Shown piece after piece: positions 25,001 through 37,428 of a stretch of DNA of 64,000 nt. Below the pieces are notes generated by a model. That model saw only the letters and a program-made list of their open reading frames with translations. It was not told where the DNA came from and did no database searches. This stretch comes from Naegleria gruberi. Its lineage: Eukaryota. A program made the position numbers and the translations under genes. How positions within the stretch are numbered: the stretch's first letter is position 1; each line of letters opens with the position of its first letter. The stretch lies in the NCBI GenBank assembly GCA_000004985.1, contig GG738913.1; one strand, given 5' to 3'.

Positions 25001-25297
25001 TTAATGGAATCTTTTCTTCATGTTTCTTATCAACTTTCTAAAATCAAATTATTCGAAACTAGACTAAATACAAAAACTTACTTCACTGTCTTTAAAACAC
25101 AACATCTTCCTACCTGTCAAGACTACAAATCTTTTATATGATGACTTTTGAAAGAATTTCTTTTTCGAATTTTCCAAAACGAGTTTTCCACTCTTTTTCA
25201 CACGACCAGCAAATCCAGAACTTCCAACAGCTGAAGCAGCAGCAATTCCAGAAGTGCTGATGGATGTGGATGGAGCAAGTAAGTCAATGGTTGACAT
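22053..25297 (-). CDS. PH-domain / ankyrin-repeat protein of about 1000 aa, in three exons.
   Basis: Exon 1 is 25297..25082 (MSTIDLL...KDSE, phase 0). Intron 1 is 25081..25038 (44 nt, GTAAGT..TAG). Exon 2 is 25037..24956 (KVDKKHEEKIPLTRFSTIVDIENHKGF). Intron 2 is 24955..24884 (72 nt, GTAAGT..TAG). Exon 3 is 24883..22053. The assembled N-terminus is a PH domain ending FTYWFSAENQEQRKEWMNAI. More than 15 ankyrin repeats follow (TALHxAxxxGHxxxVxxLLxxGA pattern). Confidence 0.6.
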
Positions 25298-26893
25298 GTT
25301 TTTTTTTTATGTTTGATTTTTGTGTGTTGATGGATGACTGATGGCAATATTGAAAAGTTTTTACATGACAGGAGATGGAAATAGTACATTGTTGGAGGAT
25401 GAACATCTTTTGCTTGAAGTGAAAGTTTGAGAATGATAAGGATTTGTGTTATCCTAAAGTGATTATGTATTCGATTCGAATGGTGTGAAATTTCATATGG
25501 AGGAAGAACCCATTCAATTTAAACAAATAATAATTATTAATTTTGTTTTAAGTTTAAACTACTATTTTTGAATGCATCTTCAATTCTCTTCAATTCTTTG
25601 CTATGCTTCAATGGTTTGCTTCTTGCATTTCTTTCAAATTTTAAACAAACATAATAAAAGTAAATTATTTCTGAATTTTGTTGAATTCTGATTGAATATG
25701 AGGAATGGACTTTTTTTCGATTGTAAATTACAAAATAAAGTGAAAATATTTTGAGTTGCTTAATAAGCGACCTCAATTCCGAGTTGTTAACAATTTTCCA
25801 TGCTCAAAAAATTATTCAAATGTCTGGAAATAACAAGAAAGGAACTCCACAAAGGAAACAACACACTGTATCATCTCCATCTCATCCTAAACAAAGAGTG
25901 GACCCACTACTCCCTCCCAAAAACTGTTGCGCTCATTAATCTTTGGTAAGGGATTAATTTCTGAGTGAGGTTTTTATCAATATTTCGGAAACATTGTAAA
26001 ATTTTCTTTATTTCACTAACATTTCTTTCTCATATTCGCATTTATCGTTGGTCTGACGTTTTTTTTCTTATCCTTAGGATAATGATATTATCTCAAGACC
26101 TGCTCAATAAAGATTTATATTCTTCAAAGCAGGTTCCAGACTGTTTCACCATTAAGGTGAACAGTCTCTGAGCTTTAATACCCATTTGTTTTTATTAATT
26201 TGCAATGTAACATAAGCTTTATGGTGCTTAATGGTTCCTGGCAATTCAGAATAGTCCAACGACAAACCCGTTGCACTTGAATGTTTTGCTGCATACCCTT
26301 CTATTAATAAGAAAAGTTATGATATTAATACATTGAAACCAGCCATTCAATTCTTTGCAGACGTGGAAGGTTGGCAACTCAATGTAGCTGGTAGTTTTTC
26401 AAGAGTTAAGAAAGGTCTTACTAAAGCCTACTATATTGTGGATCGTTCTAAACTCAAACGTAATGGTTTCTCTTCTTATGATATTAAATCATATGTTGAT
26501 TCGATTTCATCACATAATGAATATAGTATTGATAATAATCTAATAAATATTCGTAAAGTGATTTGACTGTATTCCTTACTCAAACACATTTTCAAATAAT
26601 ATTATCCAATCCGAGATTTATCCAAAAAGCCAAGCCCATAAAAATTCAACCAGATTGCCCTTTTTAATTAAGCCATAATATATCCAAAAAAAGCGGTTTG
26701 GATTCTGGATACTAATTCTAGGAATCAGGATTTTATTTTCAATTATAATAGTCAAGTGAGAACAAGAGGAGCACTATTCTCGATAATACATAATACAAAT
26801 GCTTCAACTAAGAGTGAATCAAATGAATGGACATTTAAAAATTGCTTTGAGCAATTTAAATTGAACTGTAAATATATTGAAGAAACGTTAGAT

Positions 26894-29800
26894 CTATTGG
26901 AGAACCTTTTTACAAGTTTGATATATATTATCCAAACTTTCTGCCATGTGTGATGAATCTGTTGTTCTGGAAATATTGCAAATTTCTCTCAGGGTTTGTT
27001 CATATCTCAATAATTGTGCCCTCATGGACTGATTTTCAAACCTCAAAGCATCCATTGTTGAACTTTTCAATTGTAATAATCCTTTCAATAGATCGACATG
27101 TGTAAAATGTTTGGTCGGCTCCTTTAGAATTTCTAATAGATTATTCATAATTTTGAGATAATGAATACATTCTCCTCTGTGTGTTGAACGAGATTGGATC
27201 ATTGTAATTAAACACCTTCCAAGAATATCATTGAATAGCACCTTTTCCAAAAAAGAATTAGGATGGGAGCAAATAACCTCAAGATTTGGATCTATAAACT
27301 TGTCAATTTCCTTTCTAATAGATTGATGAAGCATGGCCTCTCCTTGTGGAGTACTTAATAACTTGAAAAAGTAATTTTTTCCAACTCCAAATAAACAAGA
27401 TGAACCAGAATCTTCATTCGTTGATATAATACTCAATGTTCTGTTGCAGATCATTTTCATTAAGACACATCCCATTGAGTAAGTGTCACAATTCTTTGAG
27501 ATTTTGAAATTTTCCGTTTGTTTGCCTTCTTCCTCATCATAAACCTCTGGAGCAAGATATTACCATGTCCCTATATTCACTGATATTGAGTGGTTGGATT
27601 GAATAACTTTGGAATTGTCAAAATCAATGAGTTTGGCATGTCCTTCATTGTTGATTATTACATTTGCCAACTTTAAATCTGTACAAAATTTCAGTATTGA
27701 TTTTGAAAACAATAAACATACCTCTGTGTGTGAAATTTAGATTATGCAAACTGATGACACCCTCAAGAACTTCAGTAAAGTACTGTAAAACTTCAATCAA
27801 ATCTTGAGTGGATAAGCAATGCTCCAAATTTAAATAATTTTGGTGCATTTCTGACATTACATGATCCAAAGGAGATCCCATTTCCATAATTAAATAGCTA
27901 TACTTGCTATTATGCAACTCATAAAAATTACATTCAAATGTTTTGACAATACCCTTCAAATTTGGTGTTTTCTGCATTTAAAGTTGTGAGTTAATGGAGT
28001 ATGAGGTAGGAGACTTTTTACGGGCAATTTTTCAACAATTTCTTCAATCCTACCGTCTCTAACATATTGATAGAGTTGAAATAGAAATTGAACATCCTCT
28101 CTAAGTTGTTCGGTCTCTAGGACGTAATTTAAAATCTGTTTGTTCTCATAAAGTTTGTTAATTTTTACACAGTCCAAAATTAGTTCAGTATCCAATTTTT
28201 TAGTCGAGTAGAGGATGGCCAATCCAAAAGTTTTGGTAGCTGTCAAGATAATATTTGAATCGCTTTGTAGGGAATTTGATGCAAATTTCAAAAGTTCACC
28301 TTTTTTCTCAATGAGTGGAGTGATAAGATTCTTTCCATACTTGAATTTTTCAGAGGCGAATTGAATGGAAAGTGGATTTTGAGCAATCGCCATCTGAACT
28401 ATTTGTAAATCCTCTTTGAAAATACCTGGAACTATTTCAAGAAGCAATCCGTTCCTTTCTACATATTCCAATATCTTCATTTTGTCGTTTTTCAATTCTC
28501 TAGAAGCATATTCGAAAGAATAATAGTTTTGAGAAACTGCAAGATCAACTATTGTAGGATTATTCCTCAATCTTTCAGATGCATACTTTAAAGATAGTCC
28601 TCTCGATTTTACAGCAATAGAAACGAGACTTTCATCATCCTGAAAGGAGTTTGGAAGAAATTCCAAAGCATATCCATTAAATTCGAGCAACTCCTTCATT
28701 GTTTCAATGCTTACAGTATTCCAATCTGTAAATTTTTGGAGAAGCATTACATTTCTTTCTGTCAATTCTTTTACAGACATATTTTCCTTCATTTCCAAGT
28801 TTAAATAAGAAAATTCCTGTTTCATCAAGAAATTAATAAACACCTGCAGTGCTGGGCAATCAGTTTTGATTCGAATAAAGTGTTCTAAATAATCCATGCC
28901 ATGGATTATGTTATTTTTCGTAACCTTGTTACCAATACCGCCTCTACTAGTTTCACTTTGAGGAAATACCAAAGCCAATAGAAAATAGTATTGAACGGCC
29001 ATTTCTGATGTTGTTATGGCTACTGCCTTCATATCATCAATCAACTTTTCAATAATTTCAAAAGTATAACTTTGTGAAAGGTTGTTGATATATCTGAAAA
29101 CGATATCGACTCCCAAAATTGTTAGATTTGAAATCATACTTCTTATACTGGAACGATAGTCCATTGCTAGGAACCAGTAATTAATGTTCTTCCAATAAAT
29201 TTCCTTTAACAATTCCAAATTACAACAATTTCTTGATTTCTGTTGAAACATTTTCTTGAAACAAAACTCAATTAATTCAAAATCTTTTTCATCTTGAGTA
29301 GTTTCTACAAATTCTCTAAAAATACTGAAAGATTTGTTAAGGTTACGAATTGACTGATTGTAATATGTTTGTAAGAGCATTGCTTTAAATCTTAAAGTTG
29401 CTTCCTTGGATAGTATTTGACTAATTACACCATTTTCGTCCAACAACATGCTGCATTCCGTGAGAGAGCAATAGCAATGTAGATCTTTTGATTCTTTAAC
29501 TAGCATCAATGCATCAAGAATATCTAGTTGTGTTACATGGGAAATAAAAATGAAATTGTCAATAGATATTCTTTCGTTAATAGAAATGACCTCTTGCGGT
29601 AGGTTTCGAATGCTCTTTTGTCTAAGATTCAACAATTTAAGCAGACTGGGACCAAAATATTTACCTTCATCATCGTACACAATTCCTGAATCACGAAATT
29701 GTTTCTTAGCTGATCCATCACTATTAAATAAAATTGAGGAATATTGAGAGTGGACCAAACCTTTAGTCAGCACAATATAATTCTTTTCATCTAACATCAT

Positions 29801-30934
29801 GAGTTCTCTAATGTCATATCCAAAATCCAATGGATCTGTATTTGTTTCATAATCCATTAATAAATTGAATGCTTGATGAATTTTATCATCCATGATAAAT
29901 TGAAAAGCTTTTTGAATTATTGAATGATCTTTTTTGGTTGGAATCTTAATATTTGGATGTGTGAATTTCATAACAATTTGAGTAGTAGACTTGTAATTAG
30001 TGATTCCTTCGATAGTTACAAATAGTCCATGAATGGTTTCTTGAATATTAGTGAATTTTGTTTGTTTCAATTTTGAACCTTCTTGGTGTTGGCTCATTAA
30101 TTCTTCTACAGTCAATGTCTGAAATAAATCAACACTTTTGTCTTTGTTAATATTGTAAAATTGTAATGTTTTTCCATCATGTGAAATACAGGAAGCTAAT
30201 ATTGGTTGACAAATTGAAATTCTCTTAAAAAAATAACCATTAAAAGTGATATCATTCTTTTCAATATTTGAAATCAATTGAGCAACAACTTGAATCTCTG
30301 TCTTTCCATTTCTAATATCGGCTTCATCTCCATTCAACACAATCTCTTTCAAAATTGTTTCGGTTTTGTAATCATACACTACATACACATTCCTAAATCT
30401 CAATACCATACTATTTGCGAGAAAAATCAATGAATCACATCTTTTAGATTCAAATTTCTCCAAATTAAATCTTTTTTCAAAAGATAGAAATAAAAAAGTC
30501 ACTGGTAATTTTCTGTAAACTGTAAATCGAAATTCCTTTCCCCAAACAATACAAAAAGAATCGTCTAAACTTTGTAAAGGAATTCTTCTTGTACAAGAAA
30601 TCAATTCTCCTGTTTCTTTCTTTTGGAAAATGGAATTTCTTTCCTTTAGTGTAAAATCCAAATCAGATCCAGTCTTCTGGAATGCGTTACCCTCAAATTT
30701 AATTGTCAGCTCTTTTCCTAAAGCTGAAAAACTGTAAGAAAAGAGTTGTACAATAGAATTCACACCTTCACCTTGTAAACTTTTATCAATTACTGTTGAG
30801 TAATGAACAAGCAACATTCCTTTTTCTTCATGACATTCAATTTTTTGAATGGAACAAGTTTCGGGTGAATTTTCTTGGAATAAATGTTGGTGGTGAAAAC
30901 TTACCACAAAATAATTCCCAAATTTGTTCCACAA
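26894..30934 (-). CDS. Large protein with C-terminal DUF4116 repeats followed by a protein kinase domain (HRDLKLAN, DFD). It carries one in-frame TAA at 27562..27560.
   Basis: A 992-aa ORF (30934..27956) holds DUF4116-type repeats (FASExFKxDxxxxLxAV...) in its last about 250 aa. The kinase exons are 27977..27722 and 27678..26894. The intron between them, 27721..27679 (43 nt, GTATGT..CAG), reconstitutes HR|DLKLANVIIN. The splice upstream of 27977 is uncertain; one candidate is donor cccGTAAAA with acceptor tgCAG. The activation segment reads GTW-TAA-YLAPEV. Confidence 0.5.
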
Positions 30935-31815
30935 ATAACTTGCTGATATTTTGAATCAAAGGTTGAACAAGTAATCGAGCCATGTTGTGCGGAATCAAAG
31001 TGAAAACATTGGCAAGTTTTCATTAGTGGACCTGATGTCATTTTTTACTAATAATTACAACGCGGTCATGTTTAAAAAATCTTATTTTTGGTTCACAGTT
31101 TGGAATTTATTTTTCATGTGATGAACACCAAATTGTGAAAGATCTGATTCAGGAAAACAGTCCTTCGAACTGAATTCAATGAACCCAATTCGAGTGAATT
31201 CAGATGCCTGCCCAACAGGTTATGGAATTACAATTGAGGCGACAATGTTACGGCAATTTCCTCTAAAAGGAGAGGTTATGGAGTCGTAAAAGAACTCTCA
31301 AATTGCCAGAGACCTCTACAAGATCTTGATGAGAAGAAAATGGTCGATTTCAAAGGAGAACAATTATGCAGTCGTTTAACATCCCAAGAACTACTTGATT
31401 TAGTTCAGACAGAATTTGGAGAACACTCTATGGACGGATTCGTGAATTAACCACAACAATTCAGTTCAACTCATGGATAGAGAACGACACATTCTTGAAT
31501 CCTTGGGAACAAAATCTAACGAGTTATTGTGTTCCTCCTTTGGGCTAATTTCTCAAGCTCTAGTTCACTGCATAAAGTCAGAACCCCCCGACAGTTCCAA
31601 CAGTTGTTTCTTTTACAATATCTCTATATTAGATATTGCAAAAGAAACAACTATTCCAAACTAATCATTTTGGTCAAGTTTTGCTTCTGATTATTGATGA
31701 TATTGATTAATAGACCAAACTGGAAACCGATTCTGAAACTAATTTCCCTGAACGCCGTAAAATCTGTTATCCGAAACTCACGAATGTCAAGTAACCATTC
31801 AACATCCGTTAAAAA

Positions 31816-34351
31816 ATGTCGCAACTTGATGTCAGCTCACATAATGCAAGAGATTCGTCTATTCCACTCCGTGCTACTACTTCTACCCTTCTAAAACAAT
31901 CAACACTCGAGCAATCGTGTGAGAAAGTAAACGAAAGTTCATTAATCATTGAAACATTTCCTTCCCAACATTCTATTGGAAATCAAACACGAAAGGTTCA
32001 TTCTCCACGTTCAGATCAAACTCTTTCCGAAGAAGAAACAAATTCCATCATTTTGGAAATGAAAGAAATGGACGAAATGTTTCGAACAAACAAGAAGAAA
32101 TCGAAATTTGCACATCTTTATCAATCAAATAAGAAACAAGGTTTAAATCAATCGTTTGCCACATCAGAAAAGTTTAGTTCATCATCCCATAATGAAAATT
32201 TATGTGCATCTTGTTGTGGAACTTTACGTTGGTCAACTGTCATGATTTTGACAGCTGTCTTTTCGATAATGATACTTTTATTTGTTGCAATCATTTCCTC
32301 GATTATTGTTACGAGTTATGATGAGTTGGAAAGAGGAAATTCCAAAGCAGATATGAAAAGAGTTGTCAAAAGTTTTTATGATGAATTTGTGAATTCATTG
32401 GAGGTATGTTTGACTTTTGACAATGAGTTTTAATTGAAATTTTGGATAGATTATGCAAGCAGTTGCTGTTTGGGATGAGCCTTATAAATTATTTCAAAGA
32501 TATTATGATCCATCAGAAAATCAAACTGAACTGGCAGTTGACATGCAACTTTTTTTGGAAACTAATATTGATTCAGCTCAAATGTTGTTGGAAAAACACA
32601 ACTATGCGCTGTTCTATACCTTGAATGGAACTTTAATTGCAAGTAGAGCTCACAATCTTATAGACGAAAGTCAAGATTTATCCGATTTGTCAAAAATTCC
32701 AAAAGAATTATTGGAATTGAATGTAAATTCGAATCCTCTTTTCAGAAATGCAGATAAAGCTGGAACTTCGAATGGTGGTTTCCTTAAAGTTTCGAATGGC
32801 GTAGTAGAAAATAGCAAAATTGTCATGTTAGTGGCGAAACCAGTTTCTCCAAGTAATTTCAATGAAAATAATCCAACTTCTGGATTGATAGTGTATGGTA
32901 GACATGTCACTTATCAAACTAAGGAAAGAAATGTGTTTAGAGCTTCTACATGTGTTAGTTTTTTGAATTTTGACGAAACTTTACAAAAATATTCGAATGT
33001 TAATGCTACGAGAGTTTCAGTAACAAGTAATATTTGGGAGAATGATCAAGTTTTATCCATTGATATGTATGACGACCTCTCTAGTAGAAACTCTCTCGAT
33101 GATCGTCATTGCTATTCGAAATCTGAACTAAACTCAACTTCCCCTCGAGTTGGTTCCATTCAATTCCTTGCCGATCTCAATGGAAACCCAATCCTAGCCA
33201 TCCGATCCGATACTGAACGAAACATTTACCTCCTAGGAGTTCGTTCCTTAGCCCTCTCCATTGCCTTACTAGTTTTTTCATGTATTATTGCAGCCATTGT
33301 AATCATTGCCTTTGTGGAGAGGCGAGTATTGAGGAGAATGTTTAAACTTTCAAGGAGAATTCAGGAAATTACAGCATCACATGATCCTAAACAGAGAATT
33401 GAAATTGGTCGAGGAGGAAACTCAATTAATGCCTCGGAAAGAAATTTGATTTTTGATGAAATTGACACGACGGCGAAATATATTAATGAAATGTTGACTA
33501 GTTTGGATATTGTATTGGAAGAGCAGTTGAAGGAACAGAAAATGTTAAGAAAACTATTGGAAAGAGTGTACACAGCAGAGGAATCAGGAAGTGCCATTAT
33601 GAATGCTGTGAAAGATGTCGTGTTTATTGTGAATGGAGATAGTGGACTAGTTCTGAATGCAAATAACAAGTTTTATGAACAGATGGAGAGGAGTGTGATG
33701 GAAGTGGAGGCAAAGGATCAAGTTTATGTTTCGAATTTGTTTTTGGAAATGAAATCACTCGAAGCCAAATTTCAGAATAATTTGAGAACTGCCTTACTCT
33801 CCCTTAATGATGGAAAATCGCATCTTTTCAGAGGAATGACTCCATCTGGTAAAATTATTAGATACAATGTATTCATTTCCAAAACAAAAGTCATGCAAAA
33901 TAACGAGAAGGTCATTTCATTCCTATTTATGGCAAAGAAGGACGATTCACTTTCTTTAGGAATTGACCAAGAAATCATTAATGAAAAATTTGAGAAAATG
34001 ATTAATAATACGAAAAAGAGAAGAAAATTCCAGAAATTCTGCTCAGAAAAAGGTCAACTCTACAATTTCAAGTTTATTAGAGAAGTAAGGGATTACAAAA
34101 CAACGGAACTTCCAATTGACCGAGCAAGGAAACAATCTGAAATTTGTTCCAACTTTTTGAGGAAAGATTCTCCATTCCCATTGAATATTGGAGCAATTGA
34201 TTTGATTAAGGGAGAAATTGAAAAGATTCTAAAAGAAGAAACACCTCAAATTTCCTTATTTGATGGATTGAATGATATTTTGGAAAGTATTTTGAAATCA
34301 GAAGTTTTTACACTTTACAAAATTCAAAAATCAAATCTTCTCTACACATAA
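31816..34351 (+). CDS. Two-TM sensor-type signalling protein: cytoplasmic N-terminus, TM1, extracellular sensor domain of about 270 aa, TM2, PAS-like segment, C-terminal RGS domain.
   Basis: Exon 1 is 31816..32403. A 46-nt intron at 32404..32449 (GTATGT..TAG) preserves phase. Exon 2 is 32450..34351. TM helices: VMILTAVFSIMILLFVAIISSIIV and YLLGVRSLALSIALLVFSCIIAAIVIIAFV. The RGS-like C-terminus is FQKFCSEKGQLYNFKFIREVRDYK...ICSNFLRKDSPFPLNIGAIDLIKGEIEK...LFDGLNDILESILKSEVFTLY. Confidence 0.5.
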
Positions 34352-34426
34352 CTGTTGCAAATAGATTCAACTTATTAATTTTCCTAGTATTTTATGAACG
34401 ACAGATGACTTTGATGTTTCATTTTA

Positions 34427-36823
34427 TTAGCATTTAAAATTTATATTTGAGATTTCGACTGGAACACAATTAAGACAGGAAAGACTGTTGATTGAATAGT
34501 GAAGGGTAGTTCTATAATTCTTGCAAAGTTCAAAAAGTGCATTATCCGAATCTTTCGAATAATCTAAAAGAAAGTTCAGAACATAGATTATTCTATTGGC
34601 AACTAGGGTATCTGAAGGATTTTCATCAATATATCTTTGAAAGATTCGTCTACTTTCTCTAACTTTCTCTGAAAAGTTTGCTTCTTCACTTTCCACTTCG
34701 AATATTGAAACGAAAGCATTTTGTAAACTTTTGAATTGAGAATTACAATTCGATTGTTCCAATTCGTACAGCCATTCGTCAGGATTAATCGAATTTTCTC
34801 TCAAAATTTCATGAACTGAAATTAAATGTTTCGTTTTTGAATTGAAAATTTCCATTTCCAGTCGGTCAACTGGCCTCAACACGTATTGATTGATTATAAT
34901 GGGAGATACTGAACCACTGTCCACCAAAATTTTACAATCGAGAGTTTGCCCAAAGGTGGCCAATTTTCTGGCGTTCTGAACTATAGGCCCAACAATCGAA
35001 TAAGAACGAAGCGAATTGCTACCTACATTTCCAACAAATGCCATATCTGTAAAAATTCCTATCGAATAACAAAGTTTTCTTTCAGATTTACCATGAATAT
35101 TATCTAAAATCTTGCAAATCTTTAGACTTGCTTCGATTGCACTTGATTCACATTTCTTATTTCCATCGACAAAAGTGAGCTGATATTCGTCCATGCTAAA
35201 AATGTGTAAATCCGAAACTTGCATTGTTTTGCAAAGAGTTGAGAGTCCGTTAGCAATTTTGGAAAAGATATTCGAAAGATCATGGGCTGATGTGTCTTCG
35301 TTGAAGCCAAATAATTTTACGTTTACAACGCTAATTCTGGAATAGTTTAAACCTAATTTGAATAAACTTCCTGTGGTGATTTTTGAACTATTTTGAGAGG
35401 AAGTTGTAGAGTTTCGTAAAGTGGAGGTCTTGATCATTTTGGAAGTGCCAATTTCTGAGGAAACTTTGATGGATTGTTGATCCTTTTCGAATAAGGAAGG
35501 TTTCCACTCAACCTGTTCGAAATTCTTCAATTGATTAAAAACATTTTCTGGAAGAAAGGATTTAAATTCGTTCAGCCAAGTTACCATGTCAAATAAATGT
35601 TCATAAATACTATCCACTTCTTTGAATTTGCTAGAATTGAAATTACATGACTTCAAGTCAAAAGTTTTGATTTTCAAGAATTGATTTTCCAAGAATCGAA
35701 GAGGGTCTGTTACCAAATGACCAATGATAAAACTACACACCACTCCAAATACTATCACTACAATAGCAACTCCCACAGAAATGCCAGAATTAATATTTGT
35801 AGTTTTTTCGACATCTGACTTGAAGACAACCATGTAGAGAATCCAGTGCACGTTCAAAAACTTGTAATCAACTTTTGAAATATCATAACCAACCCCCAGG
35901 CTATATATCTGAAAGAATGAAGGAATTTCTTTTAAATTACCATATTGGGAGCGAACATCTTTCATCAGTTGACCAGCATCTTTGTCAGTTAAATCAAATA
36001 TCGAAACCCTTGATCTCCCTTCACTTGAAGATGAGTTAATTGATGCTCCAATAACCAAATCATTCAATTCTGCCAGTATAACATATCCATTTCCAATTAA
36101 GGTTAATTCTTGTAAAAATTCTTGAATGGAATTCAACATTAGATTCGATTTTGCAATTCCAATCAGCTGCTTTTGTCTAGTATGTAGATAATGTGAAGAG
36201 TTATATATTTTGGTGGAGCAGTAAATTGCCATTCCAGAGTTGACCACCAAATATGGTTCACCAATGATTACATTTGTTTGTAATTCCTCAAATAGTTGTA
36301 AACTCTGATTCCAGTAAGGTTGTTCTGTAACATGATAGGTAGAAGAATCATTTCTAAAAACACTAGTTGTGCTTCCATCTGTTTCGTTAACATTCCAAAA
36401 GATTATTCCCTCGTTTAGTTTCTCTAAATAGGTCAGTATTGTATTTGGTGGATAACCAGTCAAGGTATAGGTATACAATTGATCAGGATAGAAAACTCCC
36501 AATCCAGACGATTTAAAAATCTTGTATTTCTCATACAAATAAACAAGTTTCGGTTTTTCTCCAATTACTCCATTATTAATGTCAGCTGCCAAGCTCATTG
36601 ACAGCTTGATATGTGGTTCTATCTCTGAATTGATATAAGAAACTGTTTTATCCCCCACCTTTCCTATCAAATCTTTTGTCATGTTTTGAAGAGCATTCGT
36701 AGATCCCACAAATGAAGCCAACCAAACAAATATTGAACAAGTTATCAATAGGATAACTATTAGAAAGGTAATAAAAGCTCTCATTGATATGAATCCCATG
36801 CATGCGATGGGTTTCTTTTCCAT
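34427..36823 (-). CDS. Sensor adenylyl/guanylyl cyclase (798 aa) with an ACG-like architecture: N-terminal signal-anchor, extracellular sensor domain, TM, class III cyclase homology domain.
   Basis: Continuous ORF. Hydrophobic FITFLIVILLITCSIFVWLASFVG near the N-terminus and GISVGVAIVVIVFGVVCSFIIGHLV at about aa 340. Catalytic-domain motifs VVNVKLFGFNEDTS and LCYSIGIFTDMAFVGNVGSNSLRSYSIVGPIVQNARKL correspond to (F)ADIxGFT and RIGIHSGxVxxGVIGxxxxxYxVxGxxVNxAxR of class III cyclases. Confidence 0.6.
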   Translation of the reverse strand: MEKKPIACMGFISMRAFITFLIVILLITCSIFVWLASFVGSTNALQNMTKDLIGKVGDKTVSYINSEIEPHIKLSMSLAADINNGVIGEKPKLVYLYEKYKIFKSSGLGVFYPDQLYTYTLTGYPPNTILTYLEKLNEGIIFWNVNETDGSTTSVFRNDSSTYHVTEQPYWNQSLQLFEELQTNVIIGEPYLVVNSGMAIYCSTKIYNSSHYLHTRQKQLIGIAKSNLMLNSIQEFLQELTLIGNGYVILAELNDLVIGASINSSSSEGRSRVSIFDLTDKDAGQLMKDVRSQYGNLKEIPSFFQIYSLGVGYDISKVDYKFLNVHWILYMVVFKSDVEKTTNINSGISVGVAIVVIVFGVVCSFIIGHLVTDPLRFLENQFLKIKTFDLKSCNFNSSKFKEVDSIYEHLFDMVTWLNEFKSFLPENVFNQLKNFEQVEWKPSLFEKDQQSIKVSSEIGTSKMIKTSTLRNSTTSSQNSSKITTGSLFKLGLNYSRISVVNVKLFGFNEDTSAHDLSNIFSKIANGLSTLCKTMQVSDLHIFSMDEYQLTFVDGNKKCESSAIEASLKICKILDNIHGKSERKLCYSIGIFTDMAFVGNVGSNSLRSYSIVGPIVQNARKLATFGQTLDCKILVDSGSVSPIIINQYVLRPVDRLEMEIFNSKTKHLISVHEILRENSINPDEWLYELEQSNCNSQFKSLQNAFVSIFEVESEEANFSEKVRESRRIFQRYIDENPSDTLVANRIIYVLNFLLDYSKDSDNALFELCKNYRTTLHYSINSLSCLNCVPVEISNINFKC

Positions 36824-37428
36824 TAGCTTTTCCTTTTCGTCTGTTTCTGAATGATTTGAACTTTCTTCAGAACTTTCGTCTTGTTTCTTTCAAAACATTA
36901 GCTACAGAGAGATTTTGAAAACTTACTGGTTCATAAGGAATAATTTGAATGGTCATCTTTTTTTAAAGTTATTTTAGCTATTATCATTGCTAATCATCAT
37001 TACATAACTACCCAAATAAGGTCAATTGAGTTTTTAGCATGGTACTGAAGTTTTTGCTTGATGGCAGGTGACAGACCTTTGATGTCTTCATTCTTTCATT
37101 TATCCATTTACGATTTGAAATTTTGTGATTTTCATTTTTTATTGTAAATGTTATTGTAAACTTTGAAAATTAGTTTCGAATCAAAAAATTACATAAATTT
37201 AATCTGTTCAATTTTCATACAATGAAAAACTTGAAGTATCATTGTAAAAAACAAAGAAAATTAGGAGTATTGAAAAAAAACTCCTCAATTTTCACGCAAC
37301 TCCCCCGCAATTTCTCCCACATCCACACTCAACCTTTGGGAAGAATCCTGTAATCCAAACATGCATTGCAAAATCTCAACATTTTCACTCCGTTCCAAAC
37401 CAACTCCGTAATTTGAAAACTAAAAAAA

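Noticed and set aside
26333-26566. Isolated 77-aa ORF in the 1.6-kb gene-poor stretch between the PH-ANK gene and the DUF4116 kinase
   Set aside because: No domain, no convincing start context, and other small ORFs in the region (25537..25776, 25751..25939, 25965..26171) are equally unconvincing. It could be a UTR, promoter region or a decayed element. Not enough to call.
30935-31815. Region between the two divergently arranged large genes, with scattered small ORFs (31473..31664, 31694..31894)
   Set aside because: Most likely a shared promoter or 5'UTR region. It may hide a short 5' exon of gene 31816..34351, but no phase-consistent donor/acceptor pair was evident.
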